64,000 nucleotides of DNA. It comes from Saccostrea echinata. Its lineage: Eukaryota. The notes under the pieces were generated by a model. That model was not told the DNA's origin and did not search any database. It saw only the letters and a program-made list of their open reading frames with translations. Positions 12,086 through 25,494 of the stretch are shown here, piece after piece; the stretch's first letter is position 1; every line of letters begins with the position of its first letter. Location: the NCBI RefSeq assembly GCF_033153115.1, contig NW_026889801.1, positions 8,804,001 to 8,868,000 on the forward strand. The letters run 5' to 3'. A program made the position numbers and the translations under genes.

Positions 12086-13288
12086 TCACCCCCAGAAAGC
12101 GGCCAAACTACGTCGAAATTCTGAATCAAAAAGACCGTAAATAAACGGGTTAATCACGTGATTAAGAATGTAAAGTTGACGAAAGAATAAATACACATGC
12201 AGTTTCCAATTTTGGAGTTCAAGCCATAATTCCGGGTGTGAAAGTTCACACATTTTAAGAATGTTTGATGGCATGTATGTGAAGATGAACAATAGAGCAA
12301 TTGTCATAAACATGTAGGAGAAGCGTTTGGTGTGGTATCTGTAACGGAAGGAGACACTGAGGGAGGCAAACCGTCCAGTGTCGTTAGCGTAAGACATTCG
12401 TTTTTTAGTAACGAACTGAGCATTTTCCTCTGAGAAAAACTTGTCAAGATTCTGGTACGTCTTACGGACATCACTCTTATCATGTTTCCTAGAAGTCGAT
12501 GTTACGTTATTTATGTACGTCATTGAGCTGATATGAACTGATTGTCTCTTGCAGTCGATAATTTTCTTGGCACTCGTCTTTATTTTGCTAGCGATAGAAA
12601 TGTAAAGAATACTGATCAGTGTCATTGTAACTACAATCATAACAAAAACGGAAACATCATAACTTGTCATGAAAACAGCGAAATTGTTGTCATGATGAAT
12701 ATGATCACATCGATGACCAAGTATACCAGTACCACGATGGTGCACTTGATGCAATTCATAAAACATAAATACCGGCATATTTAACACCACAGCAGCCAGA
12801 AAAACGAGAATCACAATTATCCGGTTTTTAAAAAGAGGAATTTTAGAATTCAATGGTCGACAAATTCGTTGATATCTATGAAAAGCAATCAGCAGAAGAA
12901 TCCCATCTCCTGTTGCTGAAAACACACGACTGGAAAAGTTCAAAATCTGGCAAAGACTTTTGCTTGGATAGACAACTGGGAATATATTTTCAATTGTTTT
13001 GTCAACTGTGGTCAGTAAGGTTGCCAAAAGATCAAAGAAAGCGAGGTGAGGGATCAAAAATCTGTCCTCCATCTTTCCTTTTATTCGAAAGGTATAAAAG
13101 AAAATAACAACTGTGTTTCCGAGTATACCGACTGTACAATAGATCCACAGGAGAATGGTGTTGAAGAGAAGCCTTTGTTTTATATCTCTGTTCCAGTCTT
13201 GCAAAGATGTTTGGTTAAAAGTATCTGGAGATGTTGACTGGTTGTTTATGACTGATGCTATAGTGCTCAGTGATGGTAAAAGTGGCAT
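12086..13288 (-). CDS. Intronless orphan class A GPCR (peptide-receptor-like), 400 aa
   Basis: TM1 GILGNTVV; TM2 LAFFD; TM3 Cys plus AFHRYQRICRP; ECL2 Cys; long basic ICL3; TM6 FTYMP; TM7 INPFIY; helix-8 FRR; N-glycosylation sites NQS and NQT. Confidence 0.92.
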   Translation of the reverse strand: MPLLPSLSTIASVINNQSTSPDTFNQTSLQDWNRDIKQRLLFNTILLWIYCTVGILGNTVVIFFYTFRIKGKMEDRFLIPHLAFFDLLATLLTTVDKTIENIFPVVYPSKSLCQILNFSSRVFSATGDGILLLIAFHRYQRICRPLNSKIPLFKNRIIVILVFLAAVVLNMPVFMFYELHQVHHRGTGILGHRCDHIHHDNNFAVFMTSYDVSVFVMIVVTMTLISILYISIASKIKTSAKKIIDCKRQSVHISSMTYINNVTSTSRKHDKSDVRKTYQNLDKFFSEENAQFVTKKRMSYANDTGRFASLSVSFRYRYHTKRFSYMFMTIALLFIFTYMPSNILKMCELSHPELWLELQNWKLHVYLFFRQLYILNHVINPFIYGLFDSEFRRSLAAFWG

Positions 13289-13812
13289 GTCTTTAAAATC
13301 TGAATGATCCTCTGGAGTAGATTTTTTTTTTTTTTGGTAATTATAACTGTCCTTAAATCTGAATGTTTTGTATTCTTGTTTTAGATAGAAAAGAATTCAG
13401 TACTCGCAACTGAAGAGAAATGCGAATTTATATTCATTTCTTTATTAGGCAAACAAGAAGACTTTGTATTAGAATAATACTAGTGTATTATAATTGATGA
13501 TATTTGAACTTCCGTTTATTTAAACTCATCAAGAGATTTTGAGGTGAATGTAAATCAGTAAACTTTGAATACATATGCACTAATCAATTTCTGTTGACAT
13601 GGCGTTTTCACTATTTATAAAAATAGATTATTGAAGGGGTAAGGTTGAGAGGGATTTTTATATAACTGCTGTAAATTTCTGACAGACATATGCTCAACTA
13701 TATAAGGATCTAACAGCCTCTTTCTGGCATATATGGTGTAACTAAATTAATAATTTTTAACATATCCATAACTACCATAAAGCAAATTTTACATCAATTT
13801 GAGACCAAGATG

Positions 13813-14105
13813 CTTTGTAAGTCTCCTACCGGTGAAACCGGAGGGGACTATAGGTTTCCTTTTAGTCTGTCCGTCCGTCTGTCCGTCTGTCAAGCTGTCT
13901 GTCATTCTGTCCTACTTGGATTTCCGCACTTCTTTCCTAAACTCTTGCAGATATTGAGCTGATTTGTGGTAAGGGAGTGTATCTTGATGAGTTGTAGATC
14001 AAGTTTGCATTTCCTTCCGCTTCAATGATTTTTGACGGAATTATGACATTTTCAATTTTTAACGGGAACCAGATTACACTTGCCGGTAGGGGACTAGTAT
14101 TGCTA
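13813..14105 (+). mobile_element. Short Helentron-associated non-autonomous element (HINE/CvA-Pearl-like)
   Basis: T-rich start, hairpin CCGGTGAAACCGG, GGGGACTAT subterminal repeat recurring near 14089, (TCCG/TCTG)n microsatellite. Confidence 0.6.
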
Positions 14106-15368
14106 ATGTTTAGTATGGTCTCTTAACTATATACCTTCATTTAGATATTACATTCCGAATTAGATAACACTTCGTAAAAATATATGAGACCACATTTATA
14201 TTAATATTGAATGCCCTTCTCTACTTACATTTCAAAGAATTGTGTTTAAATATTCTGATGGATTTTTACTCACGAAATTTTATTCATGGTTTTTCCATCA
14301 ATATTTTTTATAACATTACAAATTACTAAAAGTGTTTCATATGACAGACACCTAGAAATAAGAATATCTACAGTTACAAGAAATCATTACTGGTAATTAA
14401 AATACATATTTTGTTACATTGTAGCTCATGGACTATTTATGTGCACATGATTTCGAACTACCCTATAAAATGATATCTTTTCTTACACCTGTGGATTATC
14501 CGTACGTAAGCTCACACGTTTCCATCATCTTCGACCATCGGGGCAAAAGAAAAGATCACTTCTATGTAAATATATTCGTTGACCTATAGAATCGATATTG
14601 GTTTCAGTCTTTACAAAAAGCTTGTCGATTTCCATTATGGTCACACTCTTAAATCGAATAATCACCTATACTATATGTAACAAAGTAGAGAGAGAAAATA
14701 TCAATAAACAAAATTGAAAGATCATTACTTATTAACAACCTTTCTTTTGGGCGTTGACCTTAGACAACAAATTAAAAAAAAAACAAGTGCAGAAAAAAAA
14801 CACTACTTATTTTTATTTTCAATCTTTTCAAAGTCCTATGATTTCTCATCGGTGAAGACGTTACCTTAGTATTGAGAATATTGTCTGGTAATGACGTCAT
14901 TGGTATCTCTTTAATGATTTCAATATTATTCCATTTATAAGAAACCAAGAAACTCAGAAATAATTGAGTTTTGTATTGCATCGTTTCTACGTGCACAATT
15001 AATTTCCTTTACATTATTTAAATGAAATTAAGTTAAAAAAAAGATTTGATTTTTTTAAGTTCAGCAAAAATAAAATTAAAACACACTTTCTCATTCCTTC
15101 AGTAACGAAAGTAAGTCGTATTCATCTATAAAATTAAAATTAAATTTTATCAAATTCTGAAAATTATGGTTTATGTCACTTATCCCATTCAATATTGTTG
15201 ATTATATGAAGATACCCGATGGACTTGGTCAAAATGACAACTCGAGAGCAATATACATGTATGTATTTTGAATTTTCTTGTTTTGTTGTTAATAGAACAA
15301 TATTGGAATCTTTAAAGAGACATCAATGATGTCATTACCAGACAAATAATAAACAAATATTATATAAT

Positions 15369-15543
15369 CAGTCAAAACTCGTTATCTCGAACTTCATAGG
15401 ACCAGGAAAATACCTCGAGATATCCAAAGATTTGAGATATCAAGGGTAAAATACTTTAGAAATAAGCATTTGGGACTTCAAATTCACTTCGACGTATCCA
15501 TGGTATTCGAGTTATCCGTGTTCGAGATACCGAAGTTCAACTG
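15369..15543. mobile_element. Tc1/mariner-type MITE
   Basis: CAGTCAAAACTCGTTATCTCGAAC pairs imperfectly with GTTCGAGATACCGAAGTTCAACTG; internal TCGAGATA repeats. Confidence 0.65.
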
Positions 15544-16390
15544 TTCATATATATATATATATATATATGTACTGATCATGAATGTATAATAGGTAACTCG
15601 GTCAAGTGCTGTACTGAACGATACAACGAGTGAGCCTTTTCTTAGAAAAAAAAAAGTGACGTAAAAATTTAAAGTACATGTACAACTTTCCATGCCTTAT
15701 ATCTTTCTGTTCCGTGAAGGAAACATAATCAGAACCTATTTCAAGGAGAACACTCACTACAAGTGTTTTAAAATTGAAAAAAGATTATTGTTTAAAATTA
15801 CGGATGGCAATCTGATAAATTTTTGTAACCGTTAAGTCGGATTCTTTTTCCGACCGAGTAAATGGTTAATCGAACAGATATTATACTTGTTCGTAATTAT
15901 TCAACTTATTTTTTTTAAAGCATTTTATAAAAAATGATTGACGATTACATTAATCAGAATTCTTTACTTTTTAATCAAAGTAGAAAAAGATATCAAGAAC
16001 GGGTGATACATGTACAAAAGAAAATGGATACCTGGATTGGTATATATTTTTGGACAAATTTTGTTTGTAAATGATGCAAATATCATATTTCTAATATATT
16101 AAGAAATTGAAATCTTTCTATGGTATTCAAAATTCTATCCTTCGTATGTAACCCTCATCAATCTAAACAATTTTTAACAGCTTATAGAACATTATCATTT
16201 CATACAAAAATTATTTTCTCTGCGGCTAAACTTAATCATTTGACTTATATAAACTTGGGTTTACTTGTTATTTTCATGATTTATGAAGAAAGTTTGTACC
16301 ATCGGCCTTAATATGAATGTCTTTTTCAAAAATTATTGTTGTCAGAGTCCATACCAACCATATTTTCACCGACTTTCTATTCTGCACCAA

Positions 16391-16640
16391 AGGCGGATTC
16401 TGGGTCGGTGCGCCCCCCCCCCCCCCCTTTTGAATTTTTTGTATGTAGAACTTAATATATATATCCTTTATCCTAAAATCAAGGAATAAAAAACTCTTAT
16501 TTGTAAGAATTTGTCAGCTTCCGGGGGACCCCACCAGGGCCTTTCCTTAAACCCCAGGGGGCTTCATTGCAGCCCCCAGACCCTCCCCCCAACCTTAATC
16601 TACTGCTCCCCCCGTTTCGAAATTTCTGGATCCGCCACTG
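16391..16640. mobile_element. Small GC-rich MITE-like element (GGCGGAT..ATCCGCC ends, poly-C tracts)
   Basis: GGCGGATTC near the start and GGATCCGCC near the end; GC-rich island in AT-rich DNA. Confidence 0.5.
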
Positions 16641-19176
16641 TGCACTATAGATATAAAAAAAATTTCATCAACCACTTATAAAGACAAGAGTTTATTCACG
16701 ATTTATACAAGAAAAACCTCTCGCTGACGGCACAGATGTTTCGGGAATCACAAGATACTTTCCAGCTAAAATTGAAAGTTGTAGGAATTGCACTAATATC
16801 ACGTCACCACTGAAAGGGAGTGAGTGTCTGCTACATACATGTACTTATTAACCTCCGTCTTTAATGATCGTTATATGTTAAAAAAAAAATGAGGAAGCGT
16901 AAAGATTGTGTCGTCTAGAGTTCTTTCTCTCTCTCTCTTTAAAATATCCCAAGGAATTTAATTCATTTAATTTGAAATAAATCAAAGTATTCTAAACATT
17001 ATATTAAACCAAGATAGAGTATTTGAAAACTTTGTTTGCATGTATTTTATCCACTTGAGTAAGTGAAGGCAATTTTTCTTTTCTATTACTTCATCGTCTT
17101 TGAAGATTTTTCCTGAATAAAAAAGGCACGCTCCCTATATTAAAAATGAGTTAGTTAATTTCAAAATATCCTCCTTTATGCTAAATAATTTTCTCAAAGT
17201 CCCAAATACGTTTTTCATCAGTGTATAGAGGGTCCTTAAATCGTAAATAAACGTTGTGATTTGAAAAGAATTATTATATTATATAAAAACATTGCTGATT
17301 AAAAAGTTTTTTGTTGTTTTTAACGCGGAAAAAAATAGGTAGAATTTTATACACAGAGTTCTTAAACTTTAATGACTAGGGATATAATGAATATGAAATC
17401 GTTTTGATGGCGGCACGTCTTTTGATTTTTTATTGGTCGATTGCAGTATATTTCAGATATAAAGAAAACTTCCTAAGAATTGTAATTTTGGATAAAAAAA
17501 AATATGTATATATAAAAGTATTTCAAAAAAATCTATTAACCGATTATGAAAATTGTAACCGGTTATAATTAAAACCTTACTGTAACTTGAATATACTTTT
17601 ATAAAGAAGAGTTTTAAGTTTTGACTTTTTAGATTTTGTTTCTTTTTAAAAGACCAAAAATCATTTGAATATATAACTTCTATCAGAATTCCTAAGTCAG
17701 AAAACACCATGTGAAATTATAGTCCGTATTTTCTTACATAATTTCATTATCTATACAGTTATGACGGACTTTATTGCATGACATTATTTCATGTACTGAT
17801 TGCAACAGCTTCCGATTTAACAATAGCTAGGCAATGGGTACTAGAAAGTGCAATATGAAGGAAGCGTGGGTGTTTTATTATAAAAAGAAAAATGTGCGTC
17901 CAAAATATCGTTTAATTATTGCAACCACAATCAATTGCTCTTAGGCATCTTTTAGGAAAAATGTTTATATGTAATACAATAAAATTTTTATAAAATAGTA
18001 CTTGTCTGGCTCCAATTATGGAGTTAATGATTATTTTCAGGGAAATTGCGCTTAACCTTGAATACTATGATATGAAAGTATCTAACAGATGTTTAAATAT
18101 TTAGAAATAATCGAGAAAACGACAATGCAAATGGCAGAAGTTTCATTTCAAAGCAATTAAGCCCTACCCTCAAGTGCGAAAATGCAGGAAATTTATGGCA
18201 AAAATAATGTACATATAGCAGAGAATTAATTACATACAAAAATGTATCTGTAACAGATGATGGGATGCCACTAGTAATTTATAACAGTTTAATGTTGTGT
18301 GATACTATTAACAAGGCAAAACGAAAGAAGACGTCAAACAGAAATAAATGTTTCTTTTGGAAGCTAGGATTTTCAACAAAATATTTTAATTTTTACAACA
18401 ATGATGGGCATTGAAGTGGTAGAATTTTCCGTTTAAATGAAACTTTTTTGAGTTTTTTTTTTATCGTCGGTTGTTACATAATGTCCATTTTCTTCATAAA
18501 GCGGTTTAATATAGGGGCGAGTGGGCGAGGAAACACCAGTCTGCGCTGAGAGAGAGAGAGAGAGAAAAAAACCTCGATTGTCTTAAATTGTCTCACATGC
18601 TTCCTTCGAATACCTGTACAAGTATTCTATAAATACAACAGCCAATCATACTGGCCGTCTATATATCAAACATGTATTCGAACGACACACGTGTTGTGAT
18701 ACATGTTACTGAAATATATGACCAATACACACATGTAATTATGTACATGTATATTCGTTGCGAGTGTGAGTTTTACAGAAGCGGTGAGAGTCTCTTACTC
18801 TCTCTCCTAACTTCATATCCCCTTTTTATCATAACTCGCGTTGCTAGACGTTGTGACGAATATAGATTGCTTTCTGAATTCTAAAGAAATGGACCTGGCA
18901 TTATGTAACAATTAACGTTCGATAAGAAAGACCCAAACGTTCCATTCAAACGACTTCTTCAATGTGCATCATTGTACGTTAATTGATAATTTAAATGAGC
19001 GTGTTAAGAGTATTTCAGGCTCCAGAGCATAAATAATTATTGATTCCCACATCACTTTCGAATTTTAAGTTGGGAGAGTCATATTTAATTCACCACAAAT
19101 TTAATTACTCTGCATCCACTTCTTAATTCGACTAACAAATAAATGTGAACGTCTTCGGCAACATCTTGGGAAAAAA

Positions 19177-20017
19177 GTGTTTGTGAAACACTGATGCCCC
19201 TGTATGGCAGCTCATGGCGAAGTTAAATTTTCTCAAATGCAAGTCAAACTCCAAGATCAAGAGATCAAAAATAGTGTTACCCAAAGAAAATACTTGTGTC
19301 AATGGATATACCTAGTAAATAATAAAGTCCAAGCACCAGTCATTCTAAAGTCGTGGTCAAGATTAATGTTTTATAAAAGTGGGTCATACTCCAAGGTCAG
19401 GGTCAAAGGGTCAAAATTATTGGTACGCAGGGGAAGACATTGTCAAAAGAAATACACATGCAAAATATAAATACCCTAGCTTTAAGTTAAAGTTTTTCAA
19501 AAGAAGGTCAAACTCCAAGGTCAAGGTCAGAAGGTCATACTTATTGGTAACCAAAGGAAGGTCTTGTCACAAATATTATACCTGTGGAATTTGAAAGCCC
19601 TAGTGCTAACCGTTCAAAAGTAATGGCCAAGGTTAAAGTTTTTTTTAAAGTGGGTCAAACTCTAAGGTCGAGGTCTAAAGGTCAAAAATATTTATACCCA
19701 CGATAAATACAAGTGAAACATGAAAGTCCAAGCACCAAATGTTCAAAAGTTATGGCCAAGGTTATAATTTTTTTTTTTTTTTTTTGGCAAAAGTGGGTCA
19801 AACTCCAAGGTCAAGATGTCAAATATATTGGTACCCAAAGAAAGGCTTTGTCAAAAGGAATACACATGTGAAATATGAAAGCCATAGCTCCAACCAATCA
19901 AAAGATATGGGCAAGGTTTAAGTTTTTGCGGACAAACAGACACACAGCCAGACAGACAGACGGACGGAAGGGCAAAAAACTATATACCCCCAAATCTTCG
20001 ATTGCGGGAGCATAATA
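19177..20017 (+). mobile_element. Helentron-associated element carrying a tandem array of about 125-bp repeats
   Basis: 5' GTGTTTGTGAAACACTGATGCCCC; repeats with AAGGTCAAGGTCA..TTGGTA..CTTGTCACAA..GAAATATGAAAG..AAAAGTTATGGCCAAGGTT; then (ACAG/ACGG)n and a 3' hairpin region ending CATAATAA. Confidence 0.75.
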
Positions 20018-20289
20018 ACTTTTTTTCTTTCAAAACTACCAGATACGAATCTTGTAAATTCCTTTTAGTGATTTCTTCAGCTTTTTTAAATGTCCATCAT
20101 GCGAACAGGTGGCGTTTATCTCCCAGCAAATATCAATCTTGCAAAAATTGTTTTTAGTTGGTTTTTTTATCAGTTTTCTTTTTGATGGTTCATCAAAACT
20201 TTATCAGAACTAATTTCTGACTTGCAAAATGATGCAACCGATTAAACAAGACAACAAACTGCCGGAATATGAAGCAATTAATCACTCTT

Positions 20290-20420
20290 TCATCCCTTCT
20301 CTCCCTTTCCCCATCCCTTCTCTCCCTTTCCCCTATCTCTTTCTCTCTCTTCCCCCTCTCCAGTCTTCTCTTTATCCTATTCTCTCTCCCATCTCTCTCC
20401 TCTTCTCTCTCTCTCTCTTT
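20290..20420. repeat. CT-rich low-complexity polypyrimidine tract
   Basis: Direct reading. It explains the spurious ORFs 20193-20423 and 20229-20444. Confidence 0.9.
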
Positions 20421-21598
20421 CATAGGGATGTGAATAATTTATAGTTCATTATATTACTGCCATATATAACACCTTAGTCTCCAAGAACAATATATATAGG
20501 TAGATTTAATTAATTTTTTTTTTTAGTGTTTTAGGTCTGTGAATTACTATAATCGCTAAAAATTACGGTAATTGTTGATAAGATATAAATAAGATCACGT
20601 CCAATGACTTTTAATAATTATTTTAAACATTCTTGAACAATATTCATTTACTAAAGAAATACATTTGTTTATTTATCTTCGAGGTAAACCATTCGAATGT
20701 GCAACGTATATACAACGTTTACACAAGGATTATGTTTTTGTCACTACTTGAACTAATGTCTCTGTCCCTTTCACAACGTATTTAAAAATTCAACTCTTAG
20801 ATTTTTCATTTTCATTGATAATTTAAAAAAACAAGCGGTGGGGGTTTAATCAATGATGCACAGTATATTAAATTAGCTTTACACTAAATATATAATATTC
20901 ATGTAAATGTTAGAAAAATGGTCTTCATCGCTAGAGTATATGATTCTTTATTCTTTTGATCGTATTCATAAGTTCCTGGTCAGAATTTGAAATCTATTCG
21001 TATTAGTAGTCAAATATGAATTGTTTGTGCTGTATGTCCGGTTTGTTGTATACGGTCTGACGAAGGCTCAAATAACGCGAGTTACTTGATACATGTAATC
21101 GTCGTAAGATGGCTAGGTCTGTAATGAGATGAACAGTTATACATTAGTTAATAAATACATTATACATTGATTTGGTCAATGATTAACAAGTTAACACTTT
21201 TCATTTCAAATACCCTTTCAGGTATCAGTGTAAAATCCATGCAACAAATGTAATTAACCAGTAATAGCCGTAAAAAACGAGTTTTGACAAATTTGCACAC
21301 TATATATAGAACTCAATTTTAGATGATGTCCAGTATATATATACACTTACTCTTAGAAAAAGTACATGTAGAGAAGTTTTAAAACAAGGCTTTTGAGGTA
21401 AAGAGAATCCCTGTCGTATACGGTTAAAATTACAACAACAAAAAGCAAGCAAACGAACAAGAATTCAAATATCCCGGAAAGTGCTGGTGTATATTGAATT
21501 ATTGCATGTGCGGAAGGATGGCTCAAATAATTTGAAAGTTTCTGCTGCTTTAAGCGTAACAGAGAATTAGTCCTTTAAGGGCATATGGTACAAACAAA

Positions 21599-23050
21599 AA
21601 CAAGATGTGTTTGTGAAACACTTATGCCCCCGTATGGCAACTTATAGCGAAGGTTAAACTTTTTCAAATGCGAATCAAATATATGTTGGTACTCAAAGTA
21701 AAGTCTTCTCACAACAAATACACTTGTGAAATATGAAAGACCTAGTACCACCTGTTCAAAAGTTATGGCCAAGGTTCAAGATTTTTAAAAGTAAGTCAAT
21801 CTCCAAGGTCATGGTCAAAGTTGTTGGTATCTAAAGGAAGGTCTTGTCACAAGAATTACATATGTGAAGTACGAAAGCCCTAGCCCTAACCTTTCAAAAG
21901 ATATGGACAAGGTTAAAGTTTTTTAAAAGTAGGTAAAACTCCAAGGTCACGGTCAAAGGGTCAAAGTTGTTGGTATCTAAAGGAAGGTCTTGTCACAAGA
22001 ATTACATATGTGAAATATGAAAGCCCTAGCCCTAACCGTTCAAAAGTTATGGCCAAAGTAAAAGTTTTTTAAAAGTAGCTAAATTCCAAGGTCAAGGTCA
22101 AATGGTCAAAGTTGTCGGTATTTATAGGAAGGTCTTGTCTCAAGAATTACATATGTGAAGTATAAAAGCTTTAGCCCTAACCGTACAAAAGTTATGGCCA
22201 AGGTTAAAGTTTTTTAAAAGTAGGTCAAACTCATAGGTCAAGGTAAAAGGGTCAAAGTTGTTGGTATCCAATGAAAGGTCTTGTCACAAGGATTACATAT
22301 ATGAAGTATAAAAGCCTTAGCGCCAACTGTTCAAAAGTTATGGCCAAGGTTAAAGTTGGGTAAAATTTTGCAAAAGTGGGTCAGACTCCAAGGTCAAGGT
22401 CTAAAGGTCAAATTTGATGGTACCCAAAGAAAGCTCTTGTCACAAGGAATACACATGTGAAATATGAAAGCCATAGCCTCAACCAATCAAAAGTTACTTC
22501 ACAGTGTAATCCTTGTGACAAGACCTTCCTTTGGATACCAACAACTTTGACCTTGAAGTTTGACCTACTTTTGGAAAACTTTAACCTTGGCCATAACTTT
22601 TGAATGGTTGGTGCTAGGGCTTTCATACTTCACATATGTGATCCTTGTGAAAAGACCTTTCTTTGGATACCAACAACTTTCATCCTTTGACCTTGACCTT
22701 GGTGTTTGACCTACTTTGGAAAACTTTAACCTTGGTCATATCTTTTGAACGATTGGTGCTTCAACTTTCATATTTCAGCTGTGTATTTCTTGAGAGAGGG
22801 CCTTTTCCTTGGGCACCATTACTTTTGACCATTTGACCTTGACGTTTGACATACTTTTGGGGAAAAAAAACTTTAACCTTTTCCATATCTATTCAATGGT
22901 TGCTGCTAGGGCTTTCATATTTCACAGGTTTATTCCTCGAGACAAGACCTTACTTTGGGTACCAACATATTTGATTTGCATTTGAGAAACTTTAACCTTC
23001 GCTATAAGTTGCTATACGGGGGCATCAGTGTTTCACAAACACATCTTGTT
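21599..23050. mobile_element. Fold-back composite of two oppositely oriented 5' halves of the same satellite-bearing Helentron-type element
   Basis: Begins AACAAGATGTGTTTGTGAAACACTTATGCCCCCGTATGGCAACTTATAGCGAAGG and ends with its near-exact reverse complement. Repeat orientation flips at about 22500. Confidence 0.85.
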
Positions 23051-24133
23051 TATTATTATTATTAAAATATTCATCAATAATGATGTTTCCTATTTTCATT
23101 AAAACAATTTTTCACTTTTCTCCTGAGAAAATCTTTGCAAAAAGTAACACTAGAAGATTTTATCTGATTAATTTACTGCACTAGAGACATTAATCTATGA
23201 CCATGAAAGCCATCCCCAATCTTCCTTCCAGACCATGCATCATCATATTTTAACGTTGATCTCCTTCCATTAAGTATAAAAGTATCAAGCCATGCGTGGA
23301 TCCAGGATTTTTTTACCGGGGTGGGGGGGGGGGGGGGGGGGGGGGTGGGGGACGGTTAAGGGGCCACTGCTTCCGAAACTTCTTTGACAAAAAAAGTAGC
23401 TTGCCCAAACATGAAAACTTTAATGTATCTATTTCGTGGAGGGGGGTTCTAATTTCTTCAAATTATGCCTTTCCTCTACCATTTTACATGGGGTCCGTAT
23501 TTCAGGGGGGAGGGGGGGGGCAAAGTAATTTTTTTCGTAACTTTACATAGTAATTTTATAACTCTGAAAATCCCAGCGGGGGTCCACCCCCTCCCCCTTC
23601 TAGATCCACACATACAAGTAGCCGAATTTATGATTGCTAGGATGAATACTTTATAGTATGTACATTGTAATCTTTCAGGGGTTTTACCTGGAAGGTTTTA
23701 ACATAGCTTATATCATAAATATTAACTTCTTTGACAAAAAAAGTAATTTGCCCAAACATGAAAATTTTAAGTTTTAACCTATCTTTTTCGTGGAGGGGGT
23801 AACTTTACATAGTATTTATATATATATATATATAATGTAAATATTATATATTATTTATAAAAAACTTACTCCTTCCACTAAGAATTAAAGTACCAAGTCA
23901 TGCGTAGATCCAGGATTTTTCGGCTACTTGTATGTGTGGATGTAGAAGGGGGGGGGGGGGGGGACCCCCGCTGGAATTTTCAGAGTTATAAAATTACTAT
24001 GTAAAGTTACTTACTTACTTTACATGTAAAGTACACATATAATGTTAAGTTAGTTACTCCTTAAGTAGGAGATCTATCATCCAAAGAAGATGTGACTAAC
24101 TGCATCGCAGATTAAACTCCATTGAGAGATTGG

Positions 24134-24218
24134 CATCTTCGCTAGCCAAGGGTGACGATCCGCTCCTATCCTCGAAAAGAGGAGAGGAGCGGATCGTCAC
24201 CCTTGGCTAGCGAAGATG
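24134..24218. mobile_element. 85-bp hairpin MITE with 9-bp TSD (MULE- or AcademH-type)
   Basis: CATCTTCGCTAGCCAAGGGTGACGATCCGCTCCT pairs with AGGAGCGGATCGTCACCCTTGGCTAGCGAAGATG; AGAGATTGG at 24125-24133 and 24219-24227. Confidence 0.85.
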
Positions 24219-25494
24219 AGAGATTGGAAGGAGGCCTGACCCCCACCCACCCACTCCCACCCCCCTCCTTCGCCAATCGTCGACAAATAGATACAAGATA
24301 TACTTATTACCTCTTATTCTTCATAAAACAGAAATTTAATTAAAAATTCATATATATTTTTTTCCCAATTGCGCTATTTTGTTGTAGTACATGAAATTTC
24401 TTTGAAGAGTAGAAGAATCATCAAAACTATTCAGTCGATTTTAGCGAGATGGAAAGGCATCACGAGCAATTTTTTTCATTTCGTTTCATAACTTGGTGAC
24501 TCTTTACCACAGACTAATTGATTTATTTATACACAGAAAGTGGAATATAGGGTTAGGATTTTTTCCTCTCTCTAAGGCTCTGTGTACAAATTTACTGATA
24601 AAATTTCAGACATGTGGGAAGACAAACCAAATAATCCCGGCTCCGTAACAATATACCCTTCTTTGACACAGGAAATTATATCGATATACCATGAGCAACT
24701 TCGAAAACCAGAATATTGCCAGCCGAAATCTATTAATGTTCCGGAAATCTATTACGTCAGTCATGAGCAGTTTGGATTAGAACTTCATTATAAATCTTTG
24801 AAATAGTTCAGCTTTATTGTTGATAACTTTTTATCCTATTATGTAGCTCCATATTTTTTTAATAAGCAAATCAAACATATTTTTCCGATGGGAAAAAAGA
24901 TTCCAATTCCTCTGCAAGAATGCCTAATCAACTTGCCATATTCCTCTTCAAAAGTTTAATCACTCATGCAGATGATCAGCGCTTCAGGCTGAGTAAAGTT
25001 ATTTTTAAAAGTTATCAAAATCATAAACAACTGTTAGGTTTTTTTTCCTTTTCCCTCGAGTAACAAAATTTGTGGTACATGCAATTCTAAGATGTAAAGC
25101 AGCCGCTCACTGCTCTGGAAGAATAAGGATCATCACTAATTTTTTCTGATCAGATATATACAGATCTGCAGCTGGTAATTGTCTGCTTGCATTTTTGTAA
25201 GAGACGGCAGCTACGCACCATTAAGATGTGTTCCGTGCACATCGAAATACCTGCATATTTTTTACCAGAAACAATGTACACGTATTCCTGTAACAAACCC
25301 AGCCTTCTTACATGGTACTAAATGCACAATCGTTTTAGTAAGAGAAAACAAATCTTTATACCATTTTCATTGCAAAATATAGGTTTTTTTCAACAAAATA
25401 AATAAATGAAAGTTCATGGGTAAAGTAAACAACTACTTCTATACTCTAAGTGTACTGCAGATTTATATTTTTACAGTTCAAATGATTTAGAAAA

